A stretch of DNA of 63,056 bases, counting the filler, from Phoronis australis (lineage: Eukaryota > Animalia > Phoronida), in NCBI GenBank assembly GCA_002633005.1. It is 6 parts of 6 records of this genome, joined end to end, with 100 filler letters (N's around TTAATTAATTAA, not from the genome) between each part and the next. Parts side by side here need not be neighbours in the genome. Positions count along the whole stretch, not along the records: positions 1 to 26,828 come from NMRA01001188.1; positions 26,929 to 41,033 come from NMRA01001566.1; 4 more parts are not named here. One strand, given 5' to 3'. The position numbers and the translations under genes are program-made. Of the stretch, positions 26,010 to 38,526 are shown piece after piece. The first letter of the stretch is position 1. Every line of letters begins with the position of its first letter. Below the pieces are notes generated by a model. The model was not told the origin of the DNA, made no database searches, and worked only from the letters and a program-made list of their open reading frames with translations.

Positions 26010-26828
26010 TCTTGCCTTAGTATAGACCGTGACCACCGAGGGTGAGCAAACCATGACCAAAATTCAACAAGAGCGAAATTTGGTCATTTTTCATGATTTT
26101 CACGAGCTCAAATCTATTAGCATGCTAAGTGGTGGAAAATGAACTCATAAACAATAACAACCTACAAACATCCTGTTATTGTGTGACTAAGTACACAGCA
26201 ATAAGTTCCTCTCTTTTTTAAAAATTCTCGTGATCAATTTAGCTTCAGGTGCAAAAATGTCCTGTCACAAATCGACAAAAAAACAAAGTCGATGGTACAT
26301 TTTTCAATTGTTTTTGTTGTTGTTCAAGCAAAATAGTTTGTGGTTTGGTTTCGATGCCATGTTGTTAACCTACTTGTAAAGGACTTTTAGATAGACATTA
26401 AGCTGTGGATCCCTTAATATAGTTGTCCAAATTTGCCATTTTCTGTGGCCTGAAATTTCTGGGTGCGGATTGCTGAAAAAGGCCATTTTTGAGACTCTAA
26501 AACTTAAATAACTCGAGAACCGCCCAACCGATTAAAAAATTTGGTATAAATGGCATGTCAAGTGTTTCTGAAGAAATTATTACCCTATGAGTAGCATTGG
26601 CCCTTGGGCTTGGTGCAAAGCTGCGTACTACTAAAATCTACAGCTTTGCGCCGATGTGGATAAAAATGGCCGATTGAAACCTGACAAAGTGTAATTAAAA
26701 ACTGCGCTCTTCCTTGAGTAAGCTGAAGTATTTACCGCTGTTGGAAAAACTGACGTTCTACCGTTATTCTGCATCTAAAGTTGTGAAGTGATCTTTTGCA
26801 TCAATTTTTGTCACCATGAAGTATTGCA

Positions 26829-26928
26829 NNNNNNNNNNNNNNNNNNNNNNNNNNNNNNNNNNNNNNNNNNNNTTAATTAATTAANNNNNNNNNNNNNNNN
26901 NNNNNNNNNNNNNNNNNNNNNNNNNNNN
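26829..26928. other. Artificial 100-bp contig linker (N44-TTAATTAATTAA-N44); also at 41034-41133, 43907-44006, 47482-47581, 53067-53166
   Basis: An identical six-frame stop spacer is embedded in Ns five times. Confidence 0.95.
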
Positions 26929-27229
26929 GAAAGCGGTGTTTATAATGGTAGCCGCTTCAAATACTAATGTTCAACTGCAACTTGCAATGCCATGTTTGAC
27001 CCGTCAGGTATCGTGGAAGCTTGTCGTTTGTCACTCACAACCCGTGCTCTCATAACTCTTACATGGCTCTCCAAACACCACTCAGTGCTATATTTTGTGT
27101 TTTTTGATTAACGTTTGATTGTTCATTTGTTTTATGTTTTATCGTTTTGCTTCATGACTGATTATTCTACTACTTGAGCCCTATCCTCTCTTCAACTCTC
27201 CTTTCCTCTCAGCTGTATTACAAAGAACA

Positions 27230-27281
27230 ATGGAATTGCTCCTTCCATTCGCATGTTTACTTATAATTTTGTCTGTCTCGG
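27230..27281 (+). CDS. Signal-peptide exon of Ig-domain gene (MELLLPFACLLIILSVSG)
   Basis: Strong polypyrimidine/CAG acceptor at 27212 and a hydrophobic signal peptide. The phase-1 donor position reads G|GAAAGG rather than G|GT. Confidence 0.5.
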
Positions 27282-28115
27282 GAAAGGTTTTAATGAACAG
27301 GTTTGCGATATAATCGGTGATAACTAACCGCCACCTTGTGAACTAACAAAGGCAATTTTCTTCATTCTTCAGGATTTGTTAAATTCTCATGCAAACGTTT
27401 TACTTTTTGCAATTGCTGTTGTGACAGACCGGTATAACAAGTCTTGTAGAAAATGTTTTTGCCCGTTTCTACATCCCAAAATTTGGCCAGTATCTGATCT
27501 CTGTTTGATTGCCGAGTTCTTCCGTCAAAGAATCCACCTTTGCTTTAGATCATTCCCCACTTTGAAATAGGGTCCAACTTGTCCCTTTCTCAAATGAGGA
27601 CTAATTTCTTATGGAGGGATGAACTGACAGGTTGGTATTGCTTGTCACCCAACTCATCATCCCATAAAATGACCTGTTTATCAAGTTTCATCTTCAGTTG
27701 TAACGAACTGTCATTTGTTCTCATGCTCGGAAATTGTCTCTAATCTGAGCAAAGAACAAACTGAGAGCAGATTTGTAGTTCAGAAACTCAAGTGTTGTTT
27801 TATAACAAAGACGCTTTAATAAAATCTAGGATTTCTGTCCGGTGAATTCACAATTCTTGTTGGAAATTTTTGTGTTGGTAACTGGAAAGTCATTTTGAAA
27901 CTGCATTGAGCACCGTATACATGGACTGCTCCTTTAAATCACTCATGATTGTGTGAGGAGCTCAATTTTGGCTGAGAAATTGTGTGCCCAAACCTAATGT
28001 CTACAGGACTAAACTTTGTGGCCTTCAAGTGGTCCCCGCATGGAGCAGAAAGCNCTGTGGTCAATAGAAACGCTTGACTGATGCTAATTAGATGTTTATT
28101 TTTTCAATTTTATAG

Positions 28116-28218
28116 GTGAGGCACCAGTGAAAATTACAGAAGGTCCAAAAGATATTGGGATAAACCCTAGAAATAGTGTGACGTTCAAGTGCAAATTCAC
28201 AGGCGAGCCTCAACCAAG
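28116..28218 (+). CDS. Ig domain 1, first half (EAPVKITEGPKDIGINPRNSVTFKCKFTGEPQP)
   Basis: Bounded by TAG and GTATGT; shows the I-set pattern V-T-F-x-C-x-x-x-G-x-P-x-P. Confidence 0.85.
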
Positions 28219-28401
28219 GTATGTCAATATTTGTAGGTTTCTCAAAATTAGACACCACATACAGTAACAGCAATGACACATGATAAGCGCCATTTTTCTT
28301 GTTACTTTCATTGATTTGTAATTTGCCATTATTGTTCTGCTATGATTTCAACTATAGGAAGGATTGTGCCTATAGTATTCAGTGCTCAAGATGTGTTTCA
28401 G

Positions 28402-28613
28402 TGTTGTCTGGCATTACGGCAAAACACCAACGGACTTGAAGAAGTTGACGATAGACCCCACTGGCACCAAGAACTTTGTGCGGGACAACGTCGCTGGCGA
28501 GAACACGCTGCATATTAATAAGGTCATCGAAGACGATGCGGGCTACTATCAATGTATAGCCAACAATGGAAAAAGTGGGGATATGTCTAGTCTGGCTCAT
28601 CTAGTTGTCCACC
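28402..28613 (+). CDS. Ig domain 1, second half (VVWHYG...LHINKVIEDDAGYYQCIANN...LVVH)
   Basis: Bounded by CAG and GTAAGT; contains the conserved Trp and D-x-G-x-Y-x-C; phase matches the previous exon. Confidence 0.9.
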
Positions 28614-29006
28614 GTAAGTGAATGCACAGTTTTTTACGCCTCTTGAACAGCTTTCTAAGGTGTTGCTTCTTTCTGTGAAGTTGTGGTTTTGCTGACCATT
28701 GAAACATGGTACCCGGGAAGGGAAATATACTTTATGTTTTTAATTCAGTTTCAAGTCACTTCTGCATCTCTGTTATTTGATGCTAAAGCTTGGATGCATA
28801 TGTTTTTCAGTATATTTGCCTTAACTGGGCTCATGTAAGTATTGATACACGTTAGTTGTACAAGCTCAAAGACTTTGTTTTACTATTCAAGTCGTGTTGG
28901 GATCTTTATATTAAATGAATGTTGTTTATGCTGGTTGTTTTCAGTGTGACATCAAAGTTGGCCATTACTTTATCAAATATTTGTGTTGTTTTAAATTTTC
29001 ACGTGG

Positions 29007-29237
29007 CTGAACTGTATGAAGAGCTTTCTGTTCCTAAAGATATCGCGGCTCATACATCAGCAAAAGGACAAGAGATCACAGTGCAGGTTGGAATGAAATT
29101 AGAGGTACCATGTAAGCCGTGGTTGGACTTTGCACCGCGCCAGTCTGTTGTGTTTAGCTGGGTTAATAGTGTGGGAGAACAGGCGGCCGCAACTGTTGAT
29201 ACGTCTCTCAAACGCATACAGGAAATCCCTGTAACCG
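29007..29237 (+). CDS. Ig domain 2, first half (ITVQVGMKLEVPCKP...FSWVNS), L1CAM/contactin Ig2-like
   Basis: Cys...Trp spacing of an Ig domain and a G|GTAGGT donor. The 5' boundary is uncertain because the phase-1 acceptor position reads TGG rather than TAG. Confidence 0.65.
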
Positions 29238-29989
29238 GTAGGTTGATCTATTGCTATGCCATTCACTAGCTTGTTGTAACTCCTAGCCCGTTTTTGGCAC
29301 ATTTCATAGTCTGGTTAACGACTTGCACTAGTCAGGTGTGGAATTCGGGATTTTGCGAACCAGTTTGATGCCCGTTATCCAGTGGTTGAAATTGGTCATA
29401 CATTGCTGTGAGTGTTTGCTACTGGAACTAACATCNNNNNNNNNNNNNNNNNNNNNNNNNNNNNNNNNNNNNNNNNNNNNNNNNNNNNNNNNNNNNNNNN
29501 NNNNNNNNNNNNNNNNNNNNNNNNNNNNNNNNNNNNNNNNNNNNNNNNNNNNNNNNNNNNNNNNNNNNNNNNNNNNNNNNNNNNNNNNNNNNNNNNNNNN
29601 NNNNNNNNNNNNNNNNNNNNNNNNNNNNNNNNNNNNNNNNNNNNNNNNNNNNNNNNNNNNNNNNNNNNNNNNNNNNNNNNNNNNNNNNNNNNNNNNNNNN
29701 NNNNNNNNNNNNNNNNNNNNNNNNNNNNNNNNNNNNNNNNNNNNNNNNNNNNNNNNNNNNNNNNNNNNNNNNNNNNNNNNNNNNNNNNNNNNNNNNNNNN
29801 NNNNNNNNNNNNNNNNNNNNNNNNNNNNNNNNNNNNNNNNNNNNNNNNNNNNNNNNNNNNNNNNNNNNNNNNNNNNNNNNNNNNNNNNNNNNNNNNNNNN
29901 NNNNNNNNNNNNNNNNNNNNNNNNNNNNNNNNNNNNNNNNGTTTGCTAATTTCCTTATTTTCTGAAGCGAGACTGACATTTTTCTCTAG

Positions 29990-30142
29990 ATGAAACCATT
30001 AGGGACAAGGTAGCTGGGACGCTTGTTTATCCATACACTATCAGTGATGACTTCAAGGGTAAATACCTAATGTGTGCTCAGAAGAACGACGAGCTAGGCA
30101 CTACCATCGACGCGAATGCTGTCGAAGTAAAAAAGTCGCCAG
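29990..30142 (+). CDS. Ig domain 2, second half (DETIRDKVAGTLVYPYTISDDFKGKYLMCAQKNDELGTT...)
   Basis: Bounded by TTTTCTCTAG and GTAAGA; open frame, phase 1-1; provides the second Ig Cys. Confidence 0.75.
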
Positions 30143-31067
30143 GTAAGAACTCCACGGTCAAGAGAATGGCCGCTCAGCGAAGATGAAAGATACTGTTGTT
30201 ATTTATGACAAACACTTCACGACCAAACAAAAGATAGCGTCTCGGAGAAATAAAATGTACGAAAATAAAAGTTAATGATTATTTGTACTGAGTAGAAATA
30301 CATGTGTACATGTACTTAAGGTGTTTGCTACTAAATCGTTATGGATGCGTTCCAATATTTAATCACAGACTTTCAACCGATTCTGAGTGTGTGGTACACT
30401 TCCCCTCAGTCTTATGAGTAGTAGCACTGAACGTATAATAAATCTTGCTTCCCATTGGTGGGATGGTAACATTCGGATATTTTCATTGGTTAGAAGATGA
30501 TAAATGCCTTTATGACTAGTCTTGACTGAATTGATCCTTTTCTCACAAGTTCGTGTCGTGTGATTCTTGAGATAACGAGGCATCAATTAAAAACAATAGA
30601 ACGATTCAATGTACGTTTTTGACTCGTTTCCGTCCAAACTAGGACTTCTGTCCTGATGCTGTATGGTTACAGAACGTGTCAACTGGTCATCCTACCACAT
30701 ACTCCTTCATTTGTACTATTTTGTTTTTTGCCAACTTATAATGTGACATGCTATCAAATCCTGCGTTCTCAATATGCTGGAATCGTAATATCCAGTATAG
30801 GTGGCGCTGCTGTGCATGCATGTCTGCTGAGTGATGGTTTTCCACAAATAGCTCAAATATCTCCGGATACACGGACAACTTAACTTCAAGAGTTTGTGAA
30901 TTGCTGTGTAAGGAACCAAAGACATTGTTACAAACGCAAATCTAAGTTTTCGGACAAGTTTAGAATTTCTAGAGCAGCATTTCTTGTATGCTACAACGCC
31001 CATCTCTCGTCATTGCCTGGTGTAACTTAACCGCCATATAAGACCTATACGTGAACACTGAGACAAC

Positions 31068-31878
31068 ATGTCTGGTACCGGTAAGAATACACAGTCAAGC
31101 AGTCGACCTAAAAGAGACATAGCTGCCTACGTGAATCGGAACGAAGAGAGTCCTAGCTCCATTAACCAACCAGATATTTCAAATCGTGAACTGTTAGACA
31201 TTATGAAGAGTAGATTTGAAAAACTGTCGCCAGACTTTGAGTCACTCAGACAAGACTACGCCCGAATCCAGAAGAGAAAATGTTCTTCTGCGTAAACAAG
31301 TCAGATTTCTAGAAGAAGAAATAGACGACCTCGAGAATAGGTCGTGCCGAGACAACTTAATCTTTCACGGTATCCAGGAAGACGACCGTGAAAATTGGGA
31401 CCGGCAGTCGGAACAGAAAGTTTAGAACTTTTTGAAGAATAAGCTCGACCTGGACGAAGTGACAATAGAGCGCGCACACAGAATCGGCCGAAAGTTCCCA
31501 GGTAAACATCGCCCCATTATTGCCAAGATGCGTCCCAAGGACAAACAGCGAGTTATGAAGAAAAGGAGAAGTATAGATAATCGCGACATGTTTGTAACCG
31601 AGGACTTCTCTCTCCAGGTAAAACAGGCAAGACGCAAGGTATACGAATATTCCCGATCGCAAAACATGTTGAACGCAAAAATTAGCTTTAATAAGTTAAT
31701 TCACAACGGTCAAGTGTATCATTATGATGGGGAAAAAATGAAGTATACGAAAGTTCAAGCCGCTCACGCGCAGAGTATTCCTCAGACTCAACCTCAAGAC
31801 ACACTAATAGACCTAATTCACGCGGCGGACATTAAAATCCAAAGCGAGGCTCACTGCCATAAACAAAGATTAAGTTGA
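31068..31878 (+). pseudogene. LINE ORF1 (coiled coil + L1-type RRM), frameshifted
   Basis: IDDLENRSCRDNLIFHGIQE and IERAHRIG...RPIIAK motifs are split over three frames. Confidence 0.85.
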
Positions 31879-33506
31879 CCTTACGTGAGTTAAATGGTCG
31901 GTCTTTCGATCTGGATATTAAATCTTAAAAATGTGTCTATAATTAGCCACAGAGACGTAGAAAAGTATATTAGAGTACAAATCAATGGACCAAAGAGTTG
32001 TCTGACGAAAGGTTATATGTTTTTTTTTCGGAAAACAAGGTTCGAAGCATGGAAAGTAAACATGACCAAATTGCGGCGATGGCGTTACGGATTAGGTATT
32101 ATGCTGAATGCAGTGTTACGCTTCTTCTTGTAAATTGTTGATAAAAAAATGTTTTCTATGCTAACCAGGTCATCTGCTCGTATTTTGATGTCATGTGCAA
32201 TTAGTCACATCTCGTTTAATTTGTTGATAAAGAATATTAACATCAAGCATAGCCTAGGTCATGGTGAGGTCAGTAGGGACTACCGGGGATTATAGTTGAT
32301 TTTTCATTGATCTGAAAGAATAATTGATGTTATTAAATATATGTTTTATTAAAATAAAAAACCAGGCTCGTAATTGAAAATAAAAAATTATTTGATCATC
32401 AGTTCTGCTTTCTTGGTGTTAATAATTCTTACATTTGTTTGTTGTGTTAGGATTCAAATCTGGACCAAGTTGAATTTTAAAATCAAAACACCTAATTCGT
32501 TCGTCCAAAGCATATACCTCGTTTAAGAGCTCAATTTCAGTTAACTGGACAGAACAAGCATAGTTATCACGTTTCTTCAAGGACCTCGTTTATCCGAGGG
32601 GAAAAGTGCTTGTGCCTCCTGAGAGGGCATTCTTTCGGCAAGAGTGAGGGGAAATCTACCTCCCGATCACCATCAATAGCACCCCCTCCCTGTTGCAATC
32701 TCCCATAGGCTGTGTAGCATTGTGTGCTCTTTCAAATTGTCACCCGTGTGGTTACAGGTGATTGTCTGGAGATAATTTTTCAATTAAGTTTTAGGCCTCG
32801 TGGGGATACTGAGCTAGGCTAGATACCATCTTATTGGAGATTAGAGCAATTATCGAACAAAAGAGAGGTGGCCCTCCAACATTAAATGCTAGAATGGAGT
32901 TAATCAGTCGCGTAAGATATTGGCTACAGGGGTTATCTTCCCATCTCGTTGTTGGGCTATAGAGTCGAACAGGTTGGGAGCAACGGTAAAACGTCGTTTG
33001 AATTTCGCGTGATTTTTCTATATTTTTAAGAAGGAAATAGGGCCGATATTCGGCCACACAATTGAGAGATTGAGGGCCCTGTCCTTTTTGGAAAGAAAAA
33101 TGCATCATGTTTCAACCCGTAGAATGGACGGCGCGCACCATACTATGGGGGGCTAGGCCGCACATGGTCTATAGGCGGTGCACCAAGGGCGGCTGAGGAG
33201 GCTTGAGCCCCCCACTTTTTCAGCGCTGAGCCGCCCATGCGTAGTCATGAAAACATAGTCTGGCTGGCAGAATATTTTCTGGTCGTCTACGATGATGTTT
33301 GGCAACCGAGATGCGACAAAATATGATCTAACTTTTCGAAAACATTTATAAATTTTACACGGACATATGTTCCTTCGTCGCGGCGTATGGCAACAACCCA
33401 ACGCTTCGAATCTCAACGTTCTTAGGGAAAACAGACAGCTTAGAGTCCGTATTTTTTCAAGCCGTTCAAGTAACAGGAATACAGCTATGCCGATATCATA
33501 ACGTAA

Positions 33507-33765
33507 AATTGCCGTGAGGACTTGACAGGGACCTCAGGGGTTTCACACTCCACTGATTTATCCACATTATTTTGAAAACGCTTTGTCCAGTCGCACATTG
33601 TGTCTCATAAAAGAGACAAGCATACCAGCAGCTGACGCAGCAAGTAGAACTACTCTCGTTTATCACATTGGTGTAGACTCACAGTTGAACAATGGTTTTC
33701 TGTAGACCCCAAACCGTCCCGAGTTGCACCAAATACCAACTCGGGACGGTCTCTCACGACGATTA
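33507..33765. mobile_element. About 260-bp MITE, copy 1
   Basis: Imperfect TIRs AATTGCCGTGAGGAC / GTCTCTCACGACGATT; near-identical copy at 59829; related end at about 36733. Confidence 0.75.
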
Positions 33766-33906
33766 AGCGTTATGATGCCAACAGAGCTATCGTAGCGAGC
33801 CTCGTTTTGGAACGCGCCTCCTGTCGGCGTGAATTGGGTCTATGAATGATGTGAATGGTGGCTCAAAGACGATAAGTTAGCGGTTAGGCCATGGCCCACT
33901 CTCGGT

Positions 33907-36242
33907 GGTCGGCTGGAATGCTCAAGGTCTTGCGGATAAAAAGCGTTCAAGCATATCTATCTGAACATGATGTTATATGTGTTTCGGAAACGTGGGCGAA
34001 AACAACGTCACAGTTCAGTTTGTCGGGTTACGCGTCGTTTACTGTCTGTAAAAAGAAAGCCAAAAATATGTCAGGTACACTGGTGGTGTTAGTGTCTTAA
34101 TAAAGCATTCAGTATCAGCTTATCTCAAGCGTATAAATATTCAGTTCTCATTTGGTATTGTTTTTAAATGCAACAAAAATTTGTTAAATGCCGAGAAAGA
34201 CATTATAATGTGCTTTGTCTATTTACCCAATGAAGAGTCTGTTTCTTATGAAAACATGTCAGAAAGAAACGGTGTTGCATTTCTGCATAATGAACTATCA
34301 CAATTAGCCAATCGATACCAAGACTGCTACATGTATTTACTCATCATGGGTGACTTAAACGCCCGAATCGGCTCCCTTTATGACTTTATTTTGGACGACA
34401 ATTCAAAATATTTACCTTGTCACGACTGGTACGTTTTCTCTTTCAAGGAACTCACGAGACGACACAGTAAATACCTTTGGTAACGCTCTCATTGACATGT
34501 GTTGTGAACTCAATATACATGTTGTAAAAGGTCGGTTTCCAGATGATGCATGTGGTAATTTTATATGTTTTGCTTCAGGAGGCTGCAGTTTAGTTTATTA
34601 TTCACTTATATCTACTGATTTATTTGAAATTGTGAACGATTTTAAAGTAGATGCCTGGGACGAGTCAGATCACTCGCCTAGTATATGAAGCTTTAAGCGT
34701 GAAGAACCATTGATTATGTCGTGTGATGAGACACACGTGTTACGCCCGCATCATAGTATTAAGTGGGATAGTGCCGAAACAGTTGAATACTCGCAGGCGT
34801 TTTCAGTCCAATTACATGACTGCGCAATGACAATAGAAGAGTATTTAACAAAAATGATGTAGACAAGGCGGTTCAGTGTATCTCCGATCTATATTTACAG
34901 ACGGCATTGACATTTTCAAATCATAAAAACGAGTCGATCACTGGAAAAAATAAAGGCAAGAAACCAAATCAACCCTTGTGGTGGGATAAAGAATCTGCCA
35001 AAAATGCTAAACGTTGATCCTCAAGTCGATTTCGTTGTTATACATCCGCTTCAAACATGGATAATTATAAATTAAAAAGAAAACATTTCCGTGACGTGTA
35101 TAGACAAAAGAGAAAAATTAAGAAGGTCAGTTACTGGAAAGTATTTCCAAGAATAGGAAGAATCTAAAAGAATTTTGGAAAATGATCAAATTTAGTACGC
35201 AACCTACGAGGTACACAGCCACGTCTATTACACCACAAAAGTGGCATGATTATTTTAAGAGTCTGTTAAACAAAGAAGTGCCTGTTAGCGATTCACTCAT
35301 GAATACTGTCATCGATAGGCAGACTTGTCATGATAACTGCTGTGAAGAGTGTACCCACAACATACACGATGATTTAAATGCGGACATTTCGTGTTATGAC
35401 ATTATCCAGAACATTGATCAGCTCCCATATGGTAAGGCCGCTGGTATTGATGGAGTTACTTTTGGAATGTTAAAATGTACCGATTCTGCATAAGGTAACG
35501 TGGACGATGAGAATAATTATGGAAGTATTTCGCTTCTGTCGGCTATTGGGAAGCTCTTTACCAGAATACTGAATAACCGATTGTACAACTGGGCTAAACG
35601 TAATGGTCAACTTATTGAAGCCCAAGCAGGGTTCCGTAAGGGTTACACGACTGTTGATCATATATTTCCTTAGTATGCAATATGTCAGAAACACATAAGC
35701 AAAAACGTGGCAGGTTCTGTTGTGCATTTCTTGACTTTTCAAAAGCTTTTGATCAAGTACCACATATATTACTTTTTCGTAGACTTGTGCAAATTTATGT
35801 TCATGGTAATATGTTATCAATTCTGCGATCAATGTATAGCAAGTTGAGATCATGTGTTAAAACACGTGATAGTTTAACAGACTTATTTAATTGCACTATT
35901 GGAACTCGACAAGGCTGTATGATAAGCCCTATACTATTTGTTTTGTATCTCAATCAGTTTTTAGAAAAACTCAATCCACGTTGTGATATAAATAGCATCT
36001 ACTTAGATGAGCATGCTACAAATATTAATTCCCTATTATATGCAGATGACATGGATTTGTGCTATCTAACAGCGTCGAACTTGCAACGTATGTTGAATTG
36101 TCTCAATGATTATTGCGATTCATAGGGTATGGCTATGAATTTAAAGAAAACCAAAATAATTGTACTTAGAAATGGAGGTCCCTTAAGACACTATGAGAAA
36201 TGTTTTTTTTTTAACGAACAGCAAGTTAATACTGTATCTCAT
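33907..36242 (+). mobile_element. LINE ORF2 (APE endonuclease + reverse transcriptase), decayed; RTEX-like
   Basis: Motifs WNAQGL, VSETW, GDLNARIG, SDH, PxWW, AFLDFSKAFD, GTRQGC.ISP, LLYADD and KTKIIV.RNGG, with several stops and frameshifts; truncated by a HINE. Confidence 0.9.
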
Positions 36243-36725
36243 TTTTGCACCCACATATTTATATGTGGACGCATTATGCCTCCATCTCCGTCCGTCTGTC
36301 CGTCCGTCCGAGCGGCGTCCGTCCGGGGTCCGGCGTCCGCTGCTCTATGTCCAAAACCCTCTAACATACGTTCATGAAATTTGGCACATTATGTTTCATT
36401 CATGAAAGGGACGGCATGAGCGAACTTTCGGACGGATCCGACTACCGATGTGCCCCCTAGTGGCAATTTTATTTTTTACGCTTTCCTTTGTATTTTTAAA
36501 TGTTCTGAACGGATTTTCATGAAATTTATGATGTAGGCACCTATTAGTGAGATGACGCTATCCTCTCGTTTTCGGATGCATTCGACGTAGTTTGGGCCAC
36601 CTAGTGGCCATTTTTGCTGTTTTCAAATCTGTTTTTTGCGTCTGCCCCTCTATCAACCAAACCACTCAAAGGATGATTGCGAAAATTGGCATGTATGTCA
36701 AAGAGGACAGTTGACGATGATTTCA
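36243..36725 (+). mobile_element. HINE/DINE-type element, 5' part
   Basis: Hairpin GC.CCCACATATTTATATGTGGACGC followed by (GTCC)n; interrupted near 36730 by another element. Confidence 0.75.
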
Positions 36726-37351
36726 TAACGCTAAACCCTCGTGAGAGACCGCCCCGAGTTGGCTGCTTGAGCAACTCGGGGCGGTCTGGGATCAAGCGGA
36801 AAAACCACAGGGTAGATCTGTGGTCGACGAATCTATTCGGTCGATTATATTTTATTGCCCGTGAAGCCGCTAAGGGCTGCCTGAAGAAATATGACTCGCG
36901 CGTTTGCATTTTCGCCTTTTTCAATGACATGTAAAAGATTCATCAACAAATTTCTCGTAAAATTCTGAAAACAAGCGTTTTTCTCCCACGAAAATCGATG
37001 AAGTTTTGGCCGAGATATTTCACTTTCAATCAAGGCTAGCCCTGCGCACTCATAGAATCGTCACAAGATAACTACGCGGTAATGCGGTTTCACTGTCAAC
37101 AAAGGAAGACGTCGAAATCGACTTATAATTGCCATTTTTAAACTATTTGTATGTTAAATTATCAAAATGTAAGTAAAATCGTACTATATATTTTAACCAG
37201 AAAACAGCAATTTCATTTTGGTGAACATGTCTATAAGGACCTAACTCGCGCATGGTGGTGAGTAGTGAGTGCGGCCAACACGTGAGGATGGCTGTGTTGT
37301 TGTTTTTGCTCTCAACTCAAAAGTAGCCGTTTCAAAATGGAAGATGGANGG

Positions 37352-38526
37352 AAAATGATCAAATTTAGTACGCAACCTCCGAGGTACACAGCCACGTCTA
37401 TTACACCAAAAAAGTGGCATGATTACTTTAAGAGTTTGTTAAACAAAGAAGTGCCTATTAGCGATTCACTCATGAATACTGTCATCGATAGGCAGACTAG
37501 TCATGATAACTGCTGCTGTGAAGAGTGTACTCACAACATACATGTACACGATGATATAAATGCGGACATTTCGTGTTATGAAATTATCCAGAATATTGAT
37601 CAGCTCCCATATGGCAAGGCCGCTGGTATTGATGGAGTTACTTTTGGAATGTTAAAATGTACCAAAACATACATTTCGCCGATTCTGCATAAGTTGTTCA
37701 ATGTAATTTTCGAGTCAGGTTTCTATCCCCAGGCTTGGTGTGATGCGATGTTAATTCCGTTGTTTAAACAAGGTAACGTGGACGATGAGAATAATTATAG
37801 AGGTATTTCGCGTCTGTCGGCTATTGGGAAGCTCTTTACCAGAATACTGAATAACCGACTGTATACATGTAACTGGGCGGAACATAAGGGTAAACCTTTT
37901 GAGGGCCGGGCAAGGTTCCGCAAGTGTTACGCGACTGTGGATCTTATATTTTCTTAATACGCATTATGTCAGAAACACATAAGCAAAAACGTGGCAGGTT
38001 CTATTTTGCATTTATTGACTTTTCAAAAGCTTTTGGTCGAGTACCACATATTTTACTTTTTCGTAGACTTGTGCAAATTAATGTTTATGGTAATATGTTA
38101 TTAATTCTGCGATCAATGTATAGCAAATTGAGATCATGTGTTAAAACACGTGATGACTTAACAGACTTATTTAATTGCACTATTGGAACTCGACAAGGCT
38201 GCATGATAAGCCCCCTACTATTTGTTTTGTATCTCAATGAGTTTTTGAAAAAACTCAATTCACGTTGTGATATAAATAGCATCTACTTAGATGAGCATGC
38301 TACACATATTAATTCCCCATTATATGCAGATAACATGGTTTTGTGCTCTCTAACAGCGTCTAACTTGCAACCTATGTTGAATTGTCTCAATGATTATTGC
38401 GATTCATGGGGTATGGCTGTGAATTTAAAGAAAACCAAAATAATTGTATTTAGACATGGAGGTCCATTAAGACACTATGACAAATGTTTTTTTAACAAAC
38501 AGCAAGTTAATACTGTATCTCATTAT
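37352..38526 (+). mobile_element. Second copy of the LINE RT segment
   Basis: Near-identical to 35180-36242 but keeps segments deleted in copy 1; YADN instead of YADD; ends at the same HINE junction. Confidence 0.9.

Noticed and set aside
26873-26884. Recurrent TTAATTAATTAA palindrome as a biological motif
   Set aside because: It is always centred in 44+44 Ns, so it is an artificial six-frame stop linker.
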